Assembly: GCF_004010195.1 (NCBI RefSeq)
Contig: NW_025215116.1
Coordinates: 1-58,648 of the forward strand
Length of the DNA: 58,648 bases
Reading direction: 5' to 3'
Origin: Chiloscyllium plagiosum
Lineage: Eukaryota
Under the pieces are notes generated by a model that saw nothing but the letters and a program-made list of their open reading frames with translations, was not told the DNA's origin and did not search any database. Below are positions 50,531 through 58,648 of this stretch, piece after piece. Position numbers and translations under genes: made by a program. Every line of letters starts with the position of its first letter. The first letter of the stretch is position 1.

Positions 50531-53500
50531 TGGAGACGGAATGAGTGCTTAGGTGAGGTGAGGGAAAGAGTGTTTGTGTGGCAGGGGAGGTGTGAGAGAG
50601 TGTGAAAGGGAGGAGAAAGTGTTTGGCAGGTGAGGATAGAGAGAGTTTGGCAGGGGAGTGGAGAGTCAGAGAGTGTGGTAGACGAGGAGAGAGTGTGGTG
50701 GGTTAGGAGGAGAGGGTGGCTGGTGAGGACGCATAGAGAGTGGCTGCGGAAGAGAGAAAGAGAATGAAAGGCAGCGGGCGAGGAGAATTAGAGAGACTCT
50801 GGCAGGGGAGAAGACCATGAGAGAGAGTGCGGCTGGAGAGCAGAGAGAGAGACAGATAAAGACAGTCTGGCAGGTGTGAAGAGGGAGTGTGGCAGGTACG
50901 AGAGGGACAGTACGGCAGGGATGAGAGAGAATGACAGGCGAAGATAGAGGTTGTGTGACAGGAGAGGGGAGAGAAAGAGATGTAGCTGAGGAGGAGAGAG
51001 TGTGTGTGGCGTGGAGGAGAAAGGTAGAGACAGGGGAGGGGAGAGGGAGAGTGGCAGGGGAGGAGAGACAGATTTGCAGGGGAGGAGAAAGAGTGGCAGT
51101 GGTAGAGATAGAGAGAGGCAGGGGAGGTCAGAGTGTAGCAGGGGAAGATAGAGAGTGTATGTGGTCGGGGACGAGAGATGGAGAGAGTGACAGCGAAGGA
51201 GAAGTGGCAGGACAGGAGAGAGAGTGAATGGCGAGAAGGAGGCAGAGAGAGTGGCAGCGGAGAAGAGACAAAGAGTTGCAAGGGAGGAGAGACAGTGACA
51301 GTGGAAGTGATAGTCAGTGGCAGGGGAGGTTAGAGTGTGGCAGGGGTGAGAGAGAATGTGTGGGAGGGGAAGAGAGATGGAGAGAGTGGCAGCGAATGAG
51401 AGAGAGTGGCAGGACAGGAGAGAGAGTGAGTGGCAAGTGCGGAGAGACAGAGTGTGGTGGGGAGGAGAGGGAGCGTGTGGCAGGGGTGGAGAGATAGTGA
51501 GTGTGGCAGGAGAGGATAGAGAGTGGAACGTGAGGAGAGAGAAGCAGGGGAGGGGAGAGAGGGATGGTGTATGATGAAGCAAGGGATGGAGAGAGTGGAA
51601 GGGGAGGTAAGAGAGTGTGTGGTAAAGATGGAAAGAGAATGTGTGGTAAGGAAGGAAAGAACGGGTGCGGCAGGGGAGGAGAGAGAGGGTCAGCGGAAGA
51701 GAGACAGTTCAATGGAGGAGTGATGAAGTGGTGGCGGAGACAGAGTGTGGCAGGGAGGGAAGAGAGAGTGGCACGGGAGGAGAGAGAGAGTGGCATTGGA
51801 CGAGAGACAGAGTGGTGGGGAGGAGATGGAGAGTGTGCAGACAGGGAGGAGACGGAGAGTGTGTTTGGCAGGGGAGGATTAAGACAGTGGCAGGGGAGGA
51901 GAGAGAGACAGTGTGGCAGTCGAGGAGGGAGAGTCATTGTGACAGGCAAGACGAGAGATAGTGAGTGGCACGGGAGAAGAAAGAGTGTGTGTCGCAGGGA
52001 AGGAGTGATGGAGTGAATGGCAGCGGAGAAGAGAGAGAGTGCGCGTGGGGAAGAGAGTAAAAGCGGCAGGTGAGGAGAGAGTGTGGCGGGGAGCAGAGAG
52101 AGAGATTGTGTGGCATGGGACGAAAGATGAGGACAGTAGGAGGGGAGGGGAGAGAGAGTGGTAGGGTGCAGAGAGGTGAGTGGCAGTGGAGGAGAGAGAT
52201 CGAGTGTGTGGCAACGGAGGAGAGAGTGATTGTGGCGGGGACGAGAGTTTCAGAGAGTGGCGAAGAGAAAGAGAGTGGCAGGTGATGAGAGACAGACAGA
52301 GTGGCAGGGGAGGACAACGACAGAGTGGCACGGAAAAAGGGAGAGAGGCTGGCAGGATAGGAAAGTGAGAGGGAGTGAGGGGAGAAGAGAGAGTGGCAGG
52401 GGTGAAGAGAGAGAGTGGCGGGGAGGAGGGAGAGGGTGGCAGACGAGGAGTGTGTATTGTTTGGTAGGGGATGAGAGAGTGTGTGTAGCAGGGAATGAGG
52501 GATGAAGGGACTGGCAGGGGAGGACATAGTGCGGCAGGGAATGGAGAGGGAGTTGCAGGGGAAGACAGACAGAAAGAATTGCAGGAGGGAGAGAGAGATG
52601 GTGGCAGGGGAGGAGAGAGAATGTGTTTGTGGCAGTGGAGGAGAGAGAGGGGTTGCAGGGGAAGACAGAGAGAGAGGCAAGGGAGGAGAGATGCAGTGAG
52701 GTGGGATGACAGCCAGGAGAGTGTTACAGTCGAGGAGAGAGAGAAGGTGACGGGGAGATAAAGCAAAGTGCATGTGGCGGGAAGGAGAAAGAAAGAGCAC
52801 ATGTGGCAGGGGAGGAGTGCAAGAGTGGCAGGGCAGGAGGAAGAGTGGCAGGGGTAGAGAGAAAGAATATGTCAGGCGAGGACATAGAAACAGCGTGGCA
52901 GTCGAGAAGAGAGAGGGTGATCACCAGGTGAGGACAGAGTCAGTTGTGGCTGGTGAGTTGTGAGACAGAATGTGTGGCAGGAGAGGAGGGAGAGTGTGCT
53001 AGAGGAGGAGGCATGGAAAGAGTGGCAGGGGTGGAGAGAGAGAAGGTGCCATTGGAGGACAGAATGTATCAGGGGAGGAGAGACGGAGATTGTGTGGCAA
53101 TGGACTAGAAATTGAGAGAGTGGCGGTTCAGGAGAGAGTTTGAGTGGCTGGATAGCCAAGAGATAGAGGGTGTGGCAGCGGAGGAAAAAGAGTTTGAGTC
53201 TGAGGAGGGGAAGCAGTGTGTTTGTGGGAGTTATGGATAGATTGAGAGAGTTGCAGTGGAGGAGAGTGATGGAGTGGCAGGGGATGAGAGACAGAGAAAG
53301 TGGCAGAGGAAGACAGACAGAAAGAGTGGAGGTAGGAGAGAGAGCGTGTGGCAGAGGAAGAGAAAGAGTGGCAAGGGAGGAGAGAGAGTCGCAATGGAGG
53401 ACAGAGTGTGGCAGAGGAGGAGAGAGTGTGGAGGGGAGGACAAAATGTGGCATGAAGGAGAGAGAGAGGGAGGTTAGCAGAGAAGGAGTGAGAGATTGAC
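50531..53500 (-). repeat. Same satellite in inverted orientation (purine-rich on +)
   Basis: Variants of AGAGAGTGTGGCAGGGGAGGAG; 52850-52940 is the reverse complement of the module at 49680-49760. Confidence 0.93.
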
Positions 53501-55118
53501 CGGTGAGAATAGAGAGAAGGTGGATAGACTCATGTATCATAGTTAGATGTTGCTTGTAGTGCTTAATTTCAAGTTGCAATTGCTCCCACATAGGTAGTTC
53601 ATGTGGACTCCTCCACCTGGGCATGGCATGGGTCTAACAGTAAGCATTTCATGTGGTGGCAAGTTAGCCATGCTGTTAGTCTGCACACTGTAGTTAATCA
53701 GAATCAGAGCCAGTGTTTCGAACCAATTAAGATTGGTACTTGCACACATTTTATTTAACTTGGCCTCCCCAATTTCATTTATCAGTTCCAAAGTACCTTG
53801 TGACTGGGGATGATACAGGCATTCAAATCTCTGACTGATCCTCACAATCTACAGCACTACCTGAAAAATTATTTGGGGAAAGGCAGACCCATTGTCTGAA
53901 CTGATCTCTGACAGTACACTAATATTCGGAAAAACTACATTTGTGAAGAATTGCACTACCATGCATCCCCGTGAATCTTTAGATGGAGGTGCACATAGTC
54001 GATCATCAAATGCTTCAATGATCACTCAGCTTTTGGTATGTGTCCTAGAGAGGTATCTGTCCCCTTTCTTTTATTACTTTCAGCACAGACATTACATTGT
54101 GTCAATATGTAATCCACTGAGGCTTGCAAGTAAGGTGACCCGAACCCGTCCTTTCTTACCTTCCTCTGTATTTCACATCGAGCACGGTGATACAACAGTG
54201 GCAGGGGATGAGAGACAGAGAAAGTGGCAGCGGAGGAGAGACAGAAAGAGTGGAGGTAGGAGAGAGAGCGTGTGGCAGAGAGAGAGAGAGTGGCAAGGGA
54301 GGAGAGAGAGTCGCAATGGAGGACAGAGTGTGGCAGAGGAGGAGAGAGTGTGGAGGGGAGGACAAAATGTGGCATGAAGGAGAGAGAGAGGAAGGTTAGC
54401 AGAGAAGGAGTGAGAGATTAACCGGTGAGAATAGAGAGAAGGTGGATAGACTCATGTATCATAGTTAGATGTTGCTTGTAGTGCTTAATTTCAAGTTGCA
54501 ATTGTTCCCACATAGGTAGTTCATGTGGACTCCTCCACCTGGGCATGGCACGGGTCTACCAGTAAGCACTTCATGTGGTGGCAAGTTAGCCATGCTGTTA
54601 GTCTGCACACTGTAGTTAATCAGAATCAGAGCCAGCGTTTCGAACCAATTAAGATTGGTACTTGCACACATTTTATTTAACTTGGCCTCTGAAATTTCAT
54701 TTATCAGTTCCAAAGTGCCTTGTGACTGGGGATGATAAAGGCATTCAAATCTCTGACTGATCCTCACAGTCTACAGCACTACCTGAAAAATTATTTGGAT
54801 AAAGGCAGACCCATTGTCTGAACTGATCTCTGACAGTACACTAATACTCGGAAAAACTTCATTTGTGAAGAATTGCACTACCATGCATCCCCGTGAATCT
54901 TTAGATGGAGGTGCACATAGTCGATCATCAAATGCTTCAATGATCACTCAGCTTTTGGTATGTGTCCTATAGAGGTATCTATCCCCTTTCTTGTATTACT
55001 TTCAGCACAGACATTACATTGTGACAATATGTAATCCACTGAGGCTTGCAAGTAAGGTGACCCGAACCCGTCCTTTCTTACCTTCCTCTGTATTTCACGT
55101 CGAGCACGGTGATACAAC
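53273..55118. repeat. Direct tandem duplication of ~923 bp (53273-54196, 54197-55118) covering satellite plus integrase
   Basis: Both units start agtggcaggggatgagagacagagaaag and end gagcacggtgatacaac; paired near-identical ORFs 53543-53845 and 54465-54767. Confidence 0.95.
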
Positions 55119-55490
55119 CCATGTGCCTCAGATTTGAGAATGGTCAACACAGGGGCCGGTGTCACCACAAACTTCCTCTGTGCTCCACAGGCCTTCTGGG
55201 TTTCGCCTGGCTCCCATTTGTCTCACAGTATTTGTTAAGCTATTACTTTGAATCGCAATAACGTCTGGTATTGTAGGTTCTGGATCTAAACACATCTGGG
55301 GCGCAATGAAAACTCAAGTGCACACAGAGGCCATTATGGTCTCTTCATCTCCTGTCTGATTACCCTTAACCACCATATAACTGCCTTTTTGTGTGTCTAG
55401 CACTTTATAATAGCTAGCGATGCTGGCTTACTTAACATTGTTGCTACCTCAACAATCTGTTGGTAATGTTGTATGGGAACTCTGTTGCTC
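53500..55490 (-). mobile_element. Endogenous retrovirus-like pol fragment (RNase H C-terminus, integrase HHCC and core), partly duplicated
   Basis: RNase H: KPASLAIIKC*THKK...VKGNQTGDE. IN zinc finger: EAHGLYHRAR...FGSPYLQ...CNVCAESN...GHIP. Core: SEISSDNGSAF, YHPQSQGTLELIN...AKLNKMCASTNLNW...PHEVLTGRP. Confidence 0.85.
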
Positions 55491-55803
55491 TTCCTGAAAC
55501 TCCTCACACAAACTTCCTCTCTCCTCCCCGAACACACTATGTCCTCCTCTGCCACTCTCTCTCTCTCCATGCCTTCCACTCTCTCTATCTCTCCTCCCCG
55601 GTACATACTCTCTCTCCTCACCTGCCACACATTCTCTCTCTCGTCACCTGCCACACATATTCGCTCTCTCCACCTCTGCCACTCACCCTCCCTCCTCGTC
55701 TGTCAAACTGTCTCTCCCTCCTTCCCAGCCACATTCTCTCCTCTCCGCCATACTGTCTCTACTCCTCTTCCACAAATTCCATCTCTCCTCGCCTGCCACA
55801 AAC
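55491..55803 (+). repeat. Short pyrimidine-rich satellite block
   Basis: ctcctcacctgccacacattctctc variants ending cctgccacaaac. Confidence 0.9.
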
Positions 55804-58648
55804 AGCAAAGAGAGGGAGTGTGGCAGTTGGGATGAGAGAGAGAGAGTATCTCTGTGGCAGGGGAGGAGACAGTGATTGGCAGTTGAGCATGGAGAGGGGT
55901 TGGCAGGGAAGTCGAGAGACAGAGTGTGGCTGATGACGGGAGAGTGTGATGGGTTAGGAAGAGAGCGTGGCAGGTGAGGAAACAGAGCGAGTGGTCGTGG
56001 AAGAGAGAAAGAGAAAGAAAGAGCGCGGGAGGAGAAGAGAGAGAGAGACTGGGGCGGGGAGGAGAGAGACAGACAGACTGAGAGAGTCTGACAGGGGAGA
56101 GGAGACAATGCGAGACAGTGTGGCACGGAGGAGAGGGACAGTACGGCAGGGATAAGAGAGAGAATGACAGGCGAAGATAGAGGTTGTATGAAGGGGAGTG
56201 GAGAGAAAGAGATGTGGCTGAGGAGGAGAGAGAGTGTGTGGCGGAGAGGAGAGTGGTAGGTGCAGGGAAGGAGAGAAGGAATTGGCAGGGGAAGAGAGAG
56301 GGAGAGTGCCAGAGGAGGAGAGACAGGTGGTTGCATGGGAGGAGAGAGAGATGCAGTGTGGGATCGAGAGAGTTGCAGGGAAGGAGAGAGAGTGGCGGGG
56401 AAGAGAGAGAGTGTGTGTGGTAGGGGAGGAGAGATGGAGGCAGCGAAGGACAGAGAGTGGCAGAAGTGGACAGGGAGTGAGCGACAGGTGAGGAGAGAAA
56501 GTGTGTGGCGAGGGGCAGAGAGACACAGCATGTGGCAGGCGTGGAGAAATGGAAAGACTGGCAGAAGAGGAGAAAGAGAGAGAGGAAGGTGAGGAGAGAG
56601 AGTGAGTGGCAAAGGAGGAGATAGTGAGTCAGGTGAGAGAATGTGGCAGGGAGGAGAAAGAGCTAGTATGTATGGTGAAGCGAGAGATGGAAAGAATGGT
56701 GGGGAGGAGAGAGAGTAGTAGGGAAGGAAAGAAAGTATGTGGCAGGAGAGGAGAGAGTATGGCAGCGGAAGAGAGAGAATAGAATGGAGGAGAGATCAAA
56801 TGGCGAGAACGACAGAGTGTGGCTTGGAGGAATGTGAGAGTGACAGGGAAGGAGATGCAGAGAGAGTTGCGGGGATGAGAGAAATTGGCAGTGGAAGAGA
56901 GACACAGAGAGTGGCAGGGTAGGAGAAAGCAAAAGTAGCAGATGAGGAGAAGGAGAATGTGCAATTGAGAGGAGAGAGAGTGTGTTTGGCGGGGAAGAAA
57001 GAGACAATGTGGCAAGGGAAGTGGGAGAGGGACTGACAGGTTAGTAAAGAGGCAGAGTGAGTAAGAGGAGGAGAGAGAGAGTGGCAGGGGTGAAGAGAGA
57101 GAGAGTGGCAGACAAGGAGAGGGAAGTGTTTGGTAGGGGAGGTAAGAGAATGTGTTTAGCAGCAGTGGAGAGAGAGAAGGTGGCAGGGGAGGTGAAGAAA
57201 ACCGCCTGTAGTAGGGGAGGAAAGGGAGAGTGGCAGAAAAGGAGAGACAGTAATGGGGAGAAGAGAGATTCAGTGTGGTAGGCAAAACGAGAGAGAATGA
57301 GTTACAGGGGAAAGAAAGAGTGCGTGCTGCAGCGAAGGTGTGGTGGACAGAATGGCATCTCAGGAGAGAGAGAGTGCGCAGCGGGTGGTTTGAGAATGAG
57401 TGGCAGGTGAGGACAGAGTGTGGCAGGGAGGAGAGAGAGAGAGAGACTGTGTGGCACGAGACAAGATATGGAGAGAGTACAAGGGGAAGAGAGAGAGAGT
57501 AGCAGGGGAGCAGAGAGAGTGAGTGTTAGTGAAGAAGAGAGATTGTGTAGCGGGGACGAGAGATTGAGATAGCATGGAAGGAGAAAGACTGTGGCAGACA
57601 ATGAGAGGCGAGGTATGTGGTAGGGGAGGAGAGACAGAGTGGCACGGGAAAAGAGAGAGAGGCTGGCAAGGTAGAAAGAGAAAGAGGGAGTAAGGGGAGG
57701 AGCGAAAGTGGTAGGCGTGAAGAGAGAGAGTAGCAGACGAGAAGATAGAGAATGGCAGACGAGGAGAAGGTAGTATTTGGTGTCGAGGAGAGAGTTTGTG
57801 TAGCAGGGAAGGACGGATGGAGAGACTCGCAGATGATGACATAGCGCGGCAGGGAATGCAGAGGGAATGGCAGTGGAGGAGAGACAGAAAGACTTGCAAG
57901 AGGGAGAGAGATAATGTGACGGGGAGGAGAGATAAAGTGCTTGCGGCAGTGGAGGAGAGAGAAAGCGCAGAGGAGGACAGACAGAGAGGCAGGGAGGGAG
58001 AGAGAGAAGGTGGCAAGGGAGGAGAGAGGGGCTCTGGCTGGCGATGATGGAGAGAGACCGTGTCGCAGGAAAGGCGGGAGAGAGTCACTGACAAGGGAGG
58101 AGAAAGATTGTGCGTAGCAGGGAAGGAGAGATGGAGAGAATAGCAGTGGATGGGATAGTGGCAGGGAGGAGAGCGAAAGAGTGGATGGAGGATTGAGCTT
58201 GGTGAGGAGAGGAGAGAGAGGTTGTGTGCCACGGGACGAGAGACATAGAGAGTGGTGGGGAGGAGCGTGCTTGAATTGCAGGGGAGGAGAGAGACAGATT
58301 GTGTGGCAGCAGAGGACAGAGAGTGCGTGTGGCAGGGGATGAGCGATTGAGAGAGTGGCAGAGGAGGAGGAGGAGAGACAGAGAATGGCTGGGTGGAGAT
58401 AGTGGCAGCAGACAAACGACAGGGGATGGGGAGAGAGAGAATGTGGCATCGGCGGAGAGATGATGAAACTGGCAGGGGAAGACAGAGTGCGTCAGTGAAG
58501 GGAGAGGGATTGACAGGAGACGAGACACAGTGAGCTGCAGGAGGGAGAGAGAGAGGGTGGCAGGGGAGGAGAGAACATGAGAGCGTGTGGCAGTGGAGGA
58601 AAAAGAGGGTGCAGGGGAGAATAGAGAAATAGGGTGGGAGGGGAGGAC
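55804..58648 (-). repeat. Purine-rich satellite block, paralogous to 50531-52900; runs off the window
   Basis: Shares distinctive strings with the earlier block, e.g. agagggacagtacggcaggga...gagagaatgacaggcgaagatagaggttgt at ~50901 and ~56133. Confidence 0.9.

Noticed and set aside
50695..55962. Telomeric repeat seeds (gggttagg at ~50700 and ~55951)
   Set aside because: Single occurrences inside satellite with no (TTAGGG)n array.
44392..58528. Many long ORFs (up to 544 aa) rich in S/L/P/H/C or R/E/G
   Set aside because: They arise from stop-poor CT/GA satellite sequence, are open in several overlapping frames and contain no domain.
1..58648. CRISPR arrays, prokaryotic operons or defence systems
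   Set aside because: No identical repeats with unique spacers and no gene-dense coding structure; all recognisable coding remnants are vertebrate retroelements or a GPCR pseudogene.

Overview
Repeat-dominated eukaryotic genomic DNA with four N gaps. The repeat repertoire (HE1-type tRNA-derived SINEs, CR1 LINEs with an SGNH-esterase ORF1, Penelope-like elements, Gmr1-type Gypsy LTR elements, a GPR139-like GPCR) points to a cartilaginous fish, most likely a shark; this is inferred, not confirmed by search. I see no intact host gene. Main contents: (1) a decayed minus-strand Gmr1-like Gypsy element with integrase upstream of RT, 0.7-5.4 kb; (2) a near-identical 2.37-kb tandem duplication, 9.5-14.2 kb; (3) a two-exon GPR139-like GPCR pseudogene split by a CR1 insertion, 20.5-27.9 kb; (4) several Penelope-like elements whose termini carry minimal hammerhead-ribozyme motifs, best preserved at ~37.05 kb; (5) a nested CR1/Gmr1/PLE cluster at 32-44 kb including one near-full-length young CR1; (6) a 14.5-kb polypyrimidine/polypurine complex satellite that switches strand polarity three times, has higher-order structure and encloses a retroviral RNase H-integrase fragment. 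Family assignments rest on motifs read by eye and on recalled family consensus sequences, and boundaries of old repeats are approximate.
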